The notes: generated by a model from the sequence alone, not told the origin. DNA of 64,000 nt from Camelus dromedarius (GCF_036321535.1 NC_087437.1:105464001-105528000), one strand, 5' to 3'; positions 24,898-39,405 are shown, numbered from the stretch's first letter. Program-made: numbers and translations.

Positions 24898-26464
24898 ATA
24901 TTCAGGTGAAGCCTCCAGGTCAACATATGACATTGACCCCTTCTCTGTTTTCCCCCATCCAGCAGATTTTTGAATTGAATTATTAAGGAGATAAGGAAGG
25001 AAGGATGGAGAAAGGTAAAGAAAGAAACCAAAGCTATGAGTTTTAACTGGCCCATTAAGCAGTTCTTTTCTGCACCAATTTTTTTTTTTAAAGCTCAAGC
25101 ACTAAATAGTTAACTTTTGTTTGTGAGATATATTACTTAAAAAAAATCTGTAACCCAATTTAACTTTGACTTTTCAGCAAACTTTATATCAAGCTAATGG
25201 TCTATTTCACCTTAGTCATTTTTGAAATTCTCTTTGTGGGTCTTTTTTATACATAGAGAAAAATAGGATTGACTATGTCTTTAAACTGATACTGACATTT
25301 TCATACATGATACATTTTCACATTAAAATAAAATTACCACAAAATGACGATAATCCAAATAGAGAATATTTTTAAGCACTGACCTTTTCAATTCTTGGTT
25401 TTGTGTCTTTGCTCCAGGTGGGAACAGACTTCGTATATAAACAGAACATCACGTTCTTTATGTGTTACAGATTGTGAATTTTGCTTGAAGTTATGTGTTT
25501 TAGATGCCATCAATTATTTTTAATTTTATGTTTGCAGTAAAATCAGCTTTTAGCTATATTTAGCAGTACTTTCTAACACATTTCCTGTGAAAACACTGTC
25601 TTCTCCTGTACTCCCTGAGAGGGTCAAGTGAACTGAGACCTACTGAAATTAGCAAGCAACACAGGACTTTTCTTTGTCTGCACTACCGTATAGTGCTTCC
25701 CTTTCAGAGTAAGCCTTTCAGGCTTCTGTACATCTTTTTCTTTTCTTAGCAATATCTACTTAACAGTCTGGTTAAAAAAATTAAAAATCACAGAGTTCAT
25801 ATTTTTTTGTAAAAGCTCACTCCCCTTCCCCTTTTTGCTAATTCTAAATGATAATATATGAAGTACCATTTGATATACTTTGTCAATCTTTATATTTAGG
25901 GTAACCATGTCTAAGATACAGAAGTTTACTGGCTAATTTCCAAACTTTCTACATGATGGGAAAAAACAGCTCAGAACTCCCCAGATCAGGATACCAATAA
26001 CCTTGTGTAGCATTAATACTACAAATTAACCAGTTTACTAATCCTCACTTTCAGAACTATAATACATCAGTGTTGCCCAGTATGTCTGTATGTCCATGGA
26101 GTAGAATCTTATACACATTCATTTTTTAGACCACTATATTCTTTAGCACCTGTGTAGAAGTCTTGCTAATAATCATCACTACTTAGGCTGACGGGGCCAT
26201 CTCTGAGGTTGGGTTTGGTCTGCTACCCCACCAGGATTCTTGGGTCGGTCCTGTTCTGTCACTACTTTGTTACTGATTTACTGCAGTTCTGTTGCCACAC
26301 AAGATGCTGCTGCCTTGTCCCATGCCAATATGAGGACAGAGACCCATTCCAAAAGGAACATCTTCTATAAGTTAAATCTCATAACACTTTGTGTAATTGA
26401 AATCTCACTTCAACAAATGGCATCTTAAATTTCTGCTTCTACACATTATTTCTAAGAGATCTGG

Positions 26465-26915
26465 GTTAGTTAAAATTTGGGTCACCTGAGAAGGACAACA
26501 AAGACTAAGTTTTATGGCTTTAAAAAAAAATCTAGACTTCATCTTTGTCTTATGCAGAAGAGATCTGAAGATCATTTCCCAGGGCAAATAGATCCTTCTA
26601 TCCTGGTGCGTTGCTATCAGCAATGCCTCTCATAATCCAGAGTCCACGCTGGCTTCCTGAATTTGAGCCATCAAATCCACATAAAAGCCAGTAGAAGGAA
26701 AGCCTGAGGAAGGATGGGCACCAAATAAGTAGATTGAAGCAGAAAAACCCAAAACCCAGTTTACATCCAAACTCAGCTCAAGACTAGCCACCTAGATAGG
26801 GCCAACCCAGCCCAGAGGAACTGGAGACCTCCACATGTGAAAAGTAAATTCTTATATTTGAATGTCAGTAAAATTTTGAGTTTGCTAATTACAGACATTA
26901 GTTGACTAATCCAGA
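26465..26915. mobile_element. Old MaLR (MLT1H-K-like) LTR remnants
   Basis: gagccatcaaatccaca...agaaggaaag, plus a 3'-end-like block ...attagttgactaatcca. Heavily diverged. Confidence 0.45.
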
Positions 26916-28689
26916 ATATTCTGCCTCCAATATCCTGTGTGTATTTCCATCGTCCTACATTACATTACTAATACTGTCTAGGAGCCTATTTGTCTGCAAC
27001 TGTAGACCCGCAGCAGTCCCTCCATGCTCCCACACAAGCCAAGCTTCAGGTGATTCATCCTAGTAATTTCAGAATCATGACCCACCAAGAATTTAAATGT
27101 CCTTACCATTTAACTACAGAAGAAACTTTGAGAGACCAGAATATATAAATTCCTGTTTCCTCTTCTGTGATTTTATCCACAGCCTGCTACTTTTCCACCT
27201 ACCCATTTTGTCCAATGTTTCCAAATTTTTCTCTGTAAGCTCTCAAATTCTAAAAACAAAATGTACCTCTGTACCTTGAACCCTTCACTGAACATCTTTG
27301 TTTTATCATTGTTGTTACTGTTGTGGTCCTAATTAAAGGACACCACTTTCCTTGAAGTCTTCTTTCCTATGACACGTGTATGTCTACTTTCTACGTTATT
27401 AATGGAGATCTCTGGGTATCAGGATTAGAGATGACTATGCTTATACTTATCTCCTGTATGTATGTTTCTGTAATTACCACATTTTCTACAATGCAGAAGC
27501 ATTGCCTTTTATTGAAAAAAAAATTATTAAATGACCTGGAAAAAACATACAAAAACCATTTGGCCTTCTCCACTTATTAAAATCGTAAAGCAATTATTGA
27601 AATTACTTTGCTAGTGTTAACATCAAATTGATGAAGGCTTTAAATCAGCTTTTGCTAAATCTGTCATTGTATTTTAACATTTTTAAAAAAACTATAAAGC
27701 CCGATAGGATCAGTAAAAATCATAGAAATTTTAATTTTTAGTAGCATCAAATTTGCTGGAGGCAAATTCGAAAGTCCATTTAAAATACTGACTCTTCATG
27801 AGTTAGTGAGATATATATTAATTAGGAATTTTCAGTTCTTGACCCATTAATGCTATTTTTTATAAATACATTGGGAAATACTCATTTAATACTTCAACAG
27901 TTTTATTGTCCTTGCTACCTCATCTCTCATTTCATGCTGAAGAGCTCTAATTTCTTCCTTGATTAAACTTTTGCTGTGATAATAATGAAAAACTATAATT
28001 ACGATAATTTTTTTATCCGTAAGGATTTGATATCTTTCTTATTTTGATTTTTATTGTCTTTTTAATTCTCTCCATCATGTTATTTCCATATCTTAAAAAT
28101 TACTTTCTTCTTCTGAAATGAGAATTCACTTCTTTTAGTTTATTTTTAATTTATTCAATGAGGTCATTTATTAATTTTCTTTTTTATTAGAATAAGATAC
28201 ACAATGACTCACGGATTCAGTTTCTAATTCCTAAGTCTATATGGTGATATACAGAATCAGAGGTTCAAATCATATGTTTCCACAGAATAAGAATTTTTGA
28301 GCTTTTCTCACTATTGCTCAGTGATATAAAATTATCCCTGTATATTTACGTAGTCTTGTCTTTCTTTTTAAAGTACAGTTTACCTTGTGTCAAATGTTAT
28401 ATAAAAACTGATAGACATCTGAGTGTATATGAACACAGAAGAGTCTCATATGATTTATTGGTACCCATCAAAATACAGAAGATAGAAGAAAAAATTAATT
28501 AGAATAATTTTATTCTAATTAATTCTTGTCTCTTTCACTTGCCCCTTTATTCTTTTGTTATCACCTCCAGCCAGTCTCAGTTCTTCTCTTTTAAAAACAG
28601 GTATTAAGTAGTAGGTCACTTAAATATGGACATTTTCCTACTCTCTCTGCTTTTTTTATTTTATTTTTTTTCCCAAATTATCTGCTTAA

Positions 28690-29440
28690 CTTTGTTGTTC
28701 AACATTGAGAACATCATTCTCTTCTTATTCTAAACTGTCTTTTTAAGCAATCTTATCCATGACTGTGGCTCCCAATACTATACATTTATTTGTCTAGTGT
28801 GAGCCTCTTCTTATTTAGACACATCTATTAAATGGCTTCTCTGAGGTTCCTCTCCAATGGATGTGCCATAAAGTCACCTTATCGCAAATGCAACTTCATT
28901 GTACTGTCCCTGCGGTCCTCAATATCAGCAAATGGCGTCTTTGTCCAAACCGTGGGCATCTTTTTATGTTTCTCTTTCTAACATCTATTTTCAATCCATA
29001 AAATTCTTTCAAATGTGTCTCCTGAAACTCTTTTCAGCTCATCCATTTTGCAAAATGTGCACAATCTAAACCACTCTCATCTCAATCTTACACTGCAAGA
29101 AAAAGAACACTCTCCTTCAGTTGTCTGTTCTCATTGCAGAATGAATTTTCTTATTAAAAGTAAAACTTGAGGATGTTTCACCCCAGCTTCAAATTGCCTT
29201 GTTGGCTTCCCAGGCCTTATTTGCTAAGTAGCAACATTCCTGCTGGGGCCCCAAAGGCTTCCCCAGCCACGCTGTACAGCTATTCTTCTCCTACTCCTTA
29301 TATTCCAGACCCAGTGAGCTTTTATCCATATTTTAACATGCCACACACACTTTAGTCTCAAGTAATACTCATGATTAAACTTGGTCTAGTTAATTTCTAT
29401 TAATTGATCAACCCTCAGCTCAGAAGTCTCTACTTTAGGA
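28690..29440 (+). mobile_element. L2 LINE relic
   Basis: ctccaatggatgtgccata; ttcaatccataaaattc; ccccagcttcaaattgccttgttggcttccc; ctcagctcagaagtctctactttaggaa. Confidence 0.6.
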
Positions 29441-29554
29441 AACACGAGAGCAGGTAGGTAGGCAAAGGCATTGTCATAAGAACTTAGTACTAAAATATTA
29501 AAACTATTATCTAATTTAATCTTATTATTGATAACAGCATCACATTAATAATGA

Positions 29555-29800
29555 CAATAACAACAGCTAACATTTTTAGAACAATGTCTATATATCAGAT
29601 ACTGTTTTATGTGCTTATCTTGATTACCTCACTGATCTTCATAAAAACCCAGGGGGTATCTACAAGTATCTTCATATTTTACAAATAAAAATACTGCAGC
29701 TTAGAGACAGTAACTTTCCCAAGGTCACATAATTAACAGGTGGCAAAGTGAAGAGGCAAATTCAAATAGTTGAACAATGGTGCTCATGTCTCATTACCCT
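29555..29800 (-). mobile_element. MIR SINE
   Basis: aacaacagctaacattt...cttcatattttacaaataaaaatactgcagcttagaga...cccaaggtcaca. Confidence 0.8.
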
Positions 29801-30412
29801 GTAGCTTCAGAATCGGATGTTATTGAGATTAAAAAAAACACGGAAGTATGATTTGCATCATGATATACTTTAATATAAAACTATTGACACAAATATGTCA
29901 TACTTCAAACTAATGTAAAACTATTGACACTAAAATTAAGTGTAAATATTTTTTAGATTACCTCATACTTCTAAAATTAATTTCTGATTTTAATTAGCTA
30001 ACCTTTCACAGTGCAGATTTATGATCCTATTTGTGTTCTGGAGTAGTAAAAATCATGTCAACTTACATTTGAGAAAAAGCATTCAATTAGAATCACAGTA
30101 TGCCCAGTTTATCTTTTAATATTCTTTGTTTAATGATGGAACAAATTGCAATCTTTTTTACCTCTCATATATTTGTTTCTGTTGCTGTTTAGTCTCTAAA
30201 TTAAAAGTTAGTTAAAATAGTTTAAAACATTTTATCTAGGGAATATTTGGTAATGCAGATTTGGTTGTTGTTAGTATTCAAAATACACAATAATAAATAG
30301 AGTGTTATGATAGAACACAATGATGCTCATTAGTCATCAAGTGGTTATGATGACCTCCTGTGCCTCAGATGTTGTGAAAGGTCAGTGTGGTTGGAACTTA
30401 AGTATCGGTGAG

Positions 30413-30608
30413 TGCAGAATAGATAAACAAGATTATGCTGTATAGTACAGGGAAATATATACAAGATCTTGTGGTAGCTCACAGTGAAAAAAAAATGTGA
30501 CAATGAATATATGTATGTTCATATATAATTGAAAAATTGTGCTCTACACTGGAATTTGACACAACATTGTAAAATGACTATAACTCAATAAGAAAATGTT
30601 AAAAAAAA
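30413..30608 (+). mobile_element. Young LINE-1 3'-end insertion with poly-A tail (camelid-type)
   Basis: ctacactggaatttgacacaacattgtaaaatgactataactcaata followed by an A-tail. TSD AAGTATC(G/A)GTGAG at 30400-30412 and 30609-30621 with one CpG-type mismatch. Confidence 0.9.
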
Positions 30609-32934
30609 AAGTATCAGTGAGAACATGCAAAGTTGTTGGACAGATATAGAGAACTTAGACATGCATAACCAAACATGGTATATTTTTACAGTCAATGTTT
30701 GAAAAGCATATAGCACATAGAGTCAAAAGTAGGTAATAGATGGATGGATAGACAGATAGATAAATAGATAGAGTTAGAAAGGCAGATACAACTATACATA
30801 TATTTTAAAGCTTATAGTATGTAACTTATTATAGACACATATGTGGATGCCAATCCCATTAGTCTTTTACGTCTAATAGAATATTCTGTATACCTTCATT
30901 TAGCCTGTATTTTTGGGTAAGTTTTCTCATTTCAATGACAGTTCAGTGGGACAATTCGCATCTACCAGTGTATGTTTTTACATCATTTTTATATGTAATA
31001 GAAGCAATCATTGAGCTGACAGTGCATCTCAGTGACCTACAGTTAGAATAATACCTCAACCTCGAGTTAAAAATAACATGTCCCCCCACTATGGGGTACC
31101 GGGTTGTTGGGAATGCGGCACATTGTTCAGAGTAGCCAAGACAATGACTGTTTCCTAGGCCATCAAACCAAAGACCCAGCTATTCTCACTATTAAATTCT
31201 AACAAAAATTTGATTAAAACCATAAAAATACAGAAGTTCTTGATTCAGAATAACCTGTATATGAGCCTCACTGGCATTCAAGAGTTTAGCAATGCCAACA
31301 GCACTAAGGTGAACATTGATGAAACTGCCTGTCAGAGAGAAAGAATGGTGAATTTACGTGGACATGGTATAAAAAAAGCTTCTTTCTGAGGGTTGTGTTA
31401 TATGAACGTGTAATGGTTGATACCTTTCAATGATCCAGCCAAGGAAAAGCAACTGTTTGGATCCTCCAGCTGTACTTTTACTTTGGCTTGATATGTGGAT
31501 TAGAATGGGAAAACAATGGACAAATTATTTTAGGAGAAGTAAGACAAATTGGTGGAGAACATGGAAGCACGCAAACAAATAAATGATTTTACATTGACTT
31601 GGTGTATTGTGGATGAATCTCTCCCTATACTTCAACAGACTTGCTAGAAGTGACTTTGTTCCTCTGGAAAGAGAGGACTTCTTACACCAAAAACAAAACA
31701 AAACAAAAACCTAACTAAGTAAACTTAAGTGATGAAACCAGAAATTTGTCAGTCCTATGTGATTCCGATGTCTGCTTATTTGACCAGCACTTAATATACA
31801 CTCCTCACTTTGATAGGACACCTGCTTCTTCCCTTAAGGCACCTTTCACCAAGGGAGTTGGAAGAAGCTTTTTCTCCTTCACAAACGTCAGAGGTGATGT
31901 TGGGGTTGGCACACTCCTTGCTCCAAAACGTCAGTTCAAATCTATACTTTCTAATCTTACTGCAAATTGTTCTTCATTTCATGAGTATTACTTCAAACAT
32001 TCTCCATCATTCCTATTCTACTCTTTTTCACCAAGATAGTAGACTCTATTAGATATGAACTTTTTTGTATTCCCTCAATTTTATTACATTGCACTCATAT
32101 TCCCCCCCTTCAGACATTTATTTTATTTTGCCTTGAAGATGAAAGGAAAGAGGATAAAATCTCCTGTACCAGTATATGGATTCTTACTTAACATATCTGT
32201 GTTTATGTCTTCACAGATAGCCTTTTGGAATAAATCCTTCAGGGGGTAGTGAGGTTGATGTACGTGTTCCTTACCCCCTCAAGCACCTCTTGAGCTTATA
32301 CCGGTGCAGGGACATTAAATGCTGTAACATGAGCCCTGGGGAGGTAAGTGATGATCCTCAGATCCCCAGTAATAACAAATGAGCCCAAAGACAATTCATG
32401 CATTTATGAATACATTTCATGTGTTCATAAAGTTCTGTGCTCTTATTTTTCAGAATAGCAGAAACATCATTTCCTAAACTTTTAGTGGTTTGCATGTGAC
32501 TTTTCTCTGTCGTGATCATATTTTGTATTCTTAGATTCAATCTATTTAACCTAGGACTTCCACTTCAACCCCAAAGCCAATGCCTGTTTGGGTGTTTAGT
32601 GAAGTTTATATGGAGAACAAATCTAGAGTGTGAATTCCATCAGATATATTAAGATTAAATGCATTCATATTTGTCTATTTAACTTAATATTCATACTTTA
32701 AGCTTCTCTCAAAAAGTTGGAACACTTTAAATAATTAAGCAAATGTGAATATTTTTCTTTGTACTTTTCAGGTTTCTCATTACTTTTCTGACCATGAAAA
32801 CTCTTCAAAAAATGAAGAACACAAGACTAAGATTACCCATTTTTTTCTATTTGCTAATAACCTATTTGTGTCCATTTTATTTATTCTGTTCTCAATCAAT
32901 AAATGTAAGAAAACTCATTTTATATAAGCATACG

Positions 32935-33440
32935 AAGCTATTAAAAATAGAATACATAAGCCACAGGGAAAATATTCATGAAATACATATTATCTCACAA
33001 AAGATCAGAATCCAGCATATATAAAGAAACTTACAACTGAAAAAAATGTTAAACAATAGATTGGCAATTGATTTGAAGAGACACTTAATAAAAGAAGATA
33101 TGTAAATGGTCAATAAATTTGTTAAATTTCTCAAAATCCATAGTCATCAGAAAATTAATTGTAAATTAAAAATACAGTGAGATACCACTACATACCCGCA
33201 GAAATAGCTAAAATTAAAAATATCAACAACACTAGATATAAGCAATATTGTAAAATAATTTGAATTCTTATATATGTAAAAACAATACAACTACTTTGAA
33301 AATATCTGTGAATATTTTTTGTATACTTACCCTATGATCCAGCAATTATACTCTCATAGATTTACCAAGAAAATTAAAAACACAAACACAAACGAAATAA
33401 AGTGATATCATCACAAAATAGCTTGTATAAACAAGAACAT
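32935..33440 (+). mobile_element. Old L1M ORF2 3' fragment
   Basis: ccagcatatataaagaaact; aaagaagatatgtaaatggtcaataa; cagtgagataccactacatac; ttaccctatgatccagcaatt. Confidence 0.8.
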
Positions 33441-34771
33441 TGCAACTGTCTCCACATGCACACACAAACACACATGCACACACATTTTTTTTTCATGCAC
33501 ACACATTTTTAAAGCAACTTGGAATTCTCTTCTATAAGAGACCCCAAAGCATAAATATTTATAGGTAAAATATTGAAGAACTGCTTTTATCAGCTTTGTA
33601 ATCGAACATTCTCAAAGAGTTACTTTAGTTCGACCTTAATTTTTTAAGCAAATGTCACCCAAATTTTGGTGGTTTGCTTCAGTGACTAGTGCATGCTATG
33701 ATCTTAGCATTTTATTACTATTTATGGTACTGCATCTGCCCTCAATATGCACGGGAATCATACGTCGAAGTTAAACTGGTACAAACTATTTTATTTTTAT
33801 TTTCTGGCAGTATCATGGTCATCATTTGACTCACTACGACCACAGCATTCAGAAAATGTATATGCGTTCTTGACAGAAAAGAACAGCGAAAGTAGTTTTA
33901 CATCTGTAAATTAAGATAAAAAATAAATAATATAAATATTGAATCCCCATTTTAAAGAAGAATGTTAAGGAATAAGTAAAAATTCCGCAATTTAAGTTGA
34001 ATGATTATGGAAAAATGTTATAAAAGGTCTGTATTTTCTCATATTTTAATACATATATACAGTTGACAAACTAAATGAAAAAGATCTTGAACATGCATTT
34101 TACTGGTATACCTCATGAAACTCCCCATGTGAGTTTCCCGGTACCCAACCACATGATCTATACCCTCTCAAGTAAAAGGAATCTACTGACAATGCACTTG
34201 GGTATTGCCACAATAGCGCACTGCCTAAAAATTTCTACATGTGAAATGCTTTTGACCTACCACAGTCCACATAATGAAGCACGTTTAGAGTAGCACCTGT
34301 CTAGATCATTGTGGAGGTAAACCTGCCTGTGGCACTGCGCTTAAAAGAGGCTAGAAGTACCTCTTTACCCTGCAAACCCGGGACACCTGAAACATTTGGG
34401 AGTGTATATTAAAATCTTGTAAAAAAAAAAAAAGTCCTGCAGTTTTATGTACTAGAGACACTTCACTGAGCATAACATTGGCGGCAGTAGAATCATTCTT
34501 CCTCTAAGAGCCAATGTGGCTAATTTAGGGATCACGATAAGTGAGGGACTCTTTAGAGCAGTAAAAAATTTAGTAAAGCCATTTGGTCTTCATTTCCAAG
34601 AAAGCCATATGGTCCAATGAACGAGGCAAGCAGAGCTGTATGTAGTGTGTGGTTTGCAAGCAGATTGATAACATGCTTAATTTTTCTCTTCTCTGACATT
34701 TAGTCGTAACAATGGCCATTTGGTGTTGAGTATATCCATAGGGTTCTTGCACAATTAAAACGTGGGACCCC

Positions 34772-34809
34772 GAGAGAGAGGAGAGGAGAGGAAGAAGAGG
34801 AGAGAAGAA
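34772..34809 (+). repeat. Pure polypurine (GA-rich) tract, 38 nt
   Basis: gagagagaggagaggagaggaagaagaggagagaagaa. Confidence 0.85.
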
Positions 34810-36931
34810 TGATGCTTCTGTTAATGTGAACTGAGAGGGGCTTCAATAAAGAATTTTTGGGTAAATCATATATATTTTGACCTTAGATTTGATATTCTTT
34901 TTGGCCTCATATGTAATTGAAAACTCAGTTTCTGAGTAATAATTTCTTGCATAAAACATGCTTTAAATATTGTGACAGTTCAATTGCAGTAGGAAAAACA
35001 CTTGACCTCGTGAGAGTGAATTGGGCACAGACAGGAACTGATGCCTATGAAGGGAAAAACAGCACCATATAGAAAAGCAGAAGGTATATTCCCAGGACAT
35101 CAGCCTGACAGGAAGTGAGTATATTTGAACACTGCCATCACAAGCAGTGAAACACTTCTCCTTTATAATAGTCATATTGTAAATAGTACCTGAGTCATAT
35201 CACTGTATCAAAACATGCCATCATTTAAATTTATCTGAAGAGGCAATCCCATTTCCCCTTATGTATGTTTTATTATGATCTTGCTCTCAATGCAATCCTG
35301 TATTTCAATCTTAAATTTTTTAAACAATCTTTTTAATTTTTGGTGTGTTTACATGGAACACTTAACCCTTGATTCTACCACCATGCCTGATAAAAGTCCA
35401 CCAAGGCTGGTCTTGGGAAAAATCTTTATGACATGTTGCTGTATTTAAATATGTCCCTTCCCTCTGATGATCAAGCTAATATTATTGAAAACGTTTATAT
35501 GCCTTATGCTTTTTTTTCTTAAGATAAATTATTACTCAGGAAATTTTCCCTTAAAGCCTTAGATATCTAATAAATTCCCCCATGAGTTCTCCAGCTACTC
35601 TCTACAAAAAAGTACCAATATAAGTAGCCATAAGTAAATAAAATAAAAATTTTATGAAGTCTTGATACTCAGCTGAAATCATTGACCATGAAATAAGAAA
35701 AGAATAAATATCCACACTTTATTCAGTTTTTTCTATCAGCCTATCACAAATTGCTTTTAAGCAAACATAAATTATTTTCTTTAGCTAATCCAGGCTTAGG
35801 ATTTTTGCCAGATAGTTTTGACAAAGTGAAACAAAACAGAACAAAACAGTTGAATATTGCCAAACGATTGCTTGAAATACGCATCAGAGAATCTGAAATT
35901 CAATTGTGTAAAATACAAAGGGAATTCAGAATTGTGTTGATAGATAAGGAGTCAACAGCTCTCTGTTTAACAAACCAGACAAAAGAACAGATTTTAGCAA
36001 GAAGGAAGGAGGGATGGGAGGATGTGGTTGGGTCTTTATTTTGATAATTGTGCTATTTCGAATTATAACAAGGTTCAAGTTGCCCACACAGGAACTGGCT
36101 GATGTGGTTAGGATATCTGTGCAGGAAGAAGATGCTAAGTGTTAAAAAACCTATCATATTTGATGACTGTAATTCCACATGTTGAAAATAGAAAGCCTCA
36201 CAGACTCCACAGGGCACACCCACAGAAGACTTGCAACAAAGGCAAAGGACATGATAGAGCAAGAGAAAGAGGGCAGGCAAACATCAGGGGTCTGGGGCAC
36301 ATCCAGGACCAAGCCAACCCAGAGTCTTCTTCATTCAAGGACATGCTTTGGCTCTGACATGAACTGCAAGAAGAGCGTGATCAATCTGAGTTTCAGAAGA
36401 CGTCTGACGAGTCTTTCAGCTGAGTCAGATATAGCTCTGTGATCTGTCAGGTGGAAACCACTCAGAAATACACTGGGCCTGGATGTTACAAGGGGAGTTT
36501 GGACTCAAACAGAACAGCAAGAAACATTACGTAGTGAGTTAGTTAATCCACTTTCTTTTTTCCTGGCAAGAACCAAAACCAGATTCCCAGGCCTTACGAG
36601 AAATAAGGATAAATAGCCCCCTAGTCCAGCTGAAAAATAACTAGCCTACAGAATGACCTGCCCCCAAGCAGGGTGGCCTGGTTAAAGTTACTTGCATTAT
36701 GTCAAAGAGCTGGTAATGTTGTGACAGCTGCTAAATCCTATGAAGAAGTGGCTAGGATTTGCTTATAAAAGGAAGGAGGATGCTTTAGGATTAGCAGAGT
36801 AGACTCAGAAGTGCCAGGATCTCTTACAGGCACCTGGTCATGTATAGATTCACAAAATTTCAGGATGAGTGAAAAGGAAGCTCATTCTAACTTCCATCCT
36901 CCAAGCTTATTATCAGATCCTTTTAATCATG

Positions 36932-37292
36932 TGTCTTAGTCCGTGCAGGCTGCTATAACAGAAAGACCATAGACTGGATAGGTTATTAACAATGGAAATT
37001 TATTCCTTACAGTCCTGGAGGCTGGCATCAAGCAGGTTAGGTGTTTGGTGAGACCGCCTTTTTGGATCATAAATGGTGCTTTCTTACTATGTCCTCGTGT
37101 GGCAGAAGAGGTGAAGGATTCTGCTGGGGTTTCTTTTATAAGAGCACTAGTCCCAGTCAGGAAGGCTCAACCCTCAGGACCTAGTCTCCTCATAAAGGGC
37201 CTGCCTCCCACTAACATCACTTTGGGGACCAGGATTTCACCATATAAATTTTGGGAGGTAACCTTGGGACACAAAATGTTCAGTCCATACCA
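36932..37292 (-). mobile_element. MaLR solo LTR (MLT1A-like), full length
   Basis: tgtcttagtcc...ggctgctataaca...ttcagtccatacca. Imperfect 5-bp TSD TCATG/TCATC. Confidence 0.9.
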
Positions 37293-38179
37293 TCATCCAT
37301 TCAGGGATTTAATGTCATCTTTTAACAATTATTAAAAAAAAAAACTCAGAAAAATCTCCTATTCAGAAAAATGCATGCATTTGAGTTAGAAAGTATTAAG
37401 ATATTTCTAAACCATTATTTTATGTAGAATCATTAATATTGTTATGAGCTCTCAGTAAACTACTTTGCAATTTAATCATTACTTTCATACTTGCCATTTT
37501 ATTAACTTAAGAAGTGAACGTTACAATTTTTGAAGTTAAGTTATAGAAATTTCGTTTTATGTTTGGTTATTTAAAGCACGAACTAGTAACTGAGGCTTTG
37601 AAATTTAACCTCAGGTGCAAATATTCCTTGTCTATGTCAACCAATAATGCACACTTAGCCAATATGTTTGGATTAAATCACAAGAGATTAGGCATATTTA
37701 TGCCATGAGACTTTCCAGACAAAGAGTTCCCCATATATACATGTATGTGTTGATTGATGGCCATGAATTTGTTCAAAGCCCAGAGAATTGCTGAGTGATG
37801 CCAAGCAGTTGGCAGCTATGCTGGTCAATCAAAGTAATACCTCATTCCTCCGGAGACAATGACAGGAACTCATGTTGAACCTGACAGGTTCACGGACATT
37901 GGCTCTAATGAGACCACATTTCCAGGCAGTCGCTTTAGGCTACAAACTGAACTTCTCTGTGCTCGTAGTTCTTGAGGGGGAGATGTGATTCATTCCATTG
38001 CATATGGCACAGACAGGCAATGAGTGGTCACAGCTTAAACGAGATGGAGAGGACAGGCTTTTTCTCTCCAGGATCTTCTTTGAATTGCTTGTGTCCAAAA
38101 CCTCCCACTATTTTAAACAAATAAACAACGGAAAATGTGTCCCCTTAAGGATGCTGAAAACTTTGAGGGGAATTATAAA

Positions 38180-38900
38180 GTATAAATGATGCCCCTGCCT
38201 TCATGGATCTAGGGGAACGATTAGTATGCTGGTTCTATCTCTTACTGAGGCTTTGGCTTTTGGACCCATAATAGGATTGGATATGCGTAATTAGTTATAC
38301 AACCTAATAAAGTTTATATGCTCAAATGTGTGATGTTGAAAAAAATGTTACTCAGGATTCGGAGAATAAAGATGGCTGTGTAAATACTGCATAATGAAGG
38401 TTGGCATTGAGTTCAGCTTTAACTGATGATATGATTGGAAAAGGGAGTAATGAATGGAGCAGGGCATTTCAGAAAGCAGAAAATGAAACAAATGGATGAC
38501 AATCTGAAAGACTAGAATATGTTACATTTTCTAAGAGACACCTGCTCCAGAAGAAGTTGTAATTTAGAACTACAAATCAGAAAACTAGGGAAGAATAAAG
38601 TTGTGTAAGATTGAATGATGAGAGATTATTATTTATTATTGAAAAGTAAGAAGAAACTCCCAGTCTCTGCGATACATAGATTTTTTTTAAACCATGAATA
38701 TGTTAAAATTATGGTAGGAAATGAGAGAAAATCTTAAATGTTCAGTGCTGTTCATCATTTATTATTGTGAAAAGCTGATTAGAGAGTCAAAAGCCAGGAA
38801 TTAAGATGACCGCTACTAAGCCAGTTTTGCCTCAGGTAAGCTTTAGTCTAAGAAATTGTCAGTAGCAACGGGAAATGTGCAATAGACACAAATGACATTT
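38180..38900 (-). mobile_element. Degenerate L2 relic
   Basis: cccctgccttcatggatct; gaaggttggcattgagttcagcttt; agggcatttcagaaagcagaaa. Confidence 0.45.
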
Positions 38901-39169
38901 CAACAGATGAGTAGTGTCCTACGATTTATTAAGACAACAAGTGAATAACAAATGGAATTGTTCTTATTTTCTTAAGTGCTTTTTAATCACAAGACAAATA
39001 TCATCAAAACTGGATACACTTTTCTTTGCAACTTTTGGGAGATACAGGTTTACTTTCGTTATTGAAACCTGCGTGTCTTAAAAAAGCCTGTCCTGTTTCT
39101 TTTTCAAAATTGTAATCTGTATTTTTTACTATTTATCTCAGATCAACCAGTTATTCTATTATTATATTA

Positions 39170-39405
39170 TATGTGATGAGTTTCATTTTTCTTTCTGCTT
39201 TCAAAATTCTCTGTCATTTACTTTTGGCAATTTGATTATAATGTACCTTGATCATTACCTCTTTGTATTCCATCTCCTTGGAATTCTGTGGGTCTCATGC
39301 ATCTGGATGTTTATTTATAAAGTTCTCTGTCATTATTTCTTTAAATATGCTTTGGTTTCTTTCCCTTTCTTTTTTTCTGTTCTTTATGGAATTTCCGTAA
39401 TTTCT
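39170..39405 (-). mobile_element. Old L1 ORF1-region fragment
   Basis: tgctttcaaaattctctgtc...tttgattataatgtaccttg...catctggatgt...cattatttctttaaatat. Confidence 0.75.

Noticed and set aside
32217..32349. Acceptor/donor-bounded 127-nt candidate exon
   Set aside because: Stop codons in all three frames and no other support.
36053..36442. Three overlapping ORFs in a GC-richer patch (possible processed pseudogene)
   Set aside because: No recognisable protein family, poly-A tail or TSD. More likely an unassigned old repeat or unique non-coding DNA.
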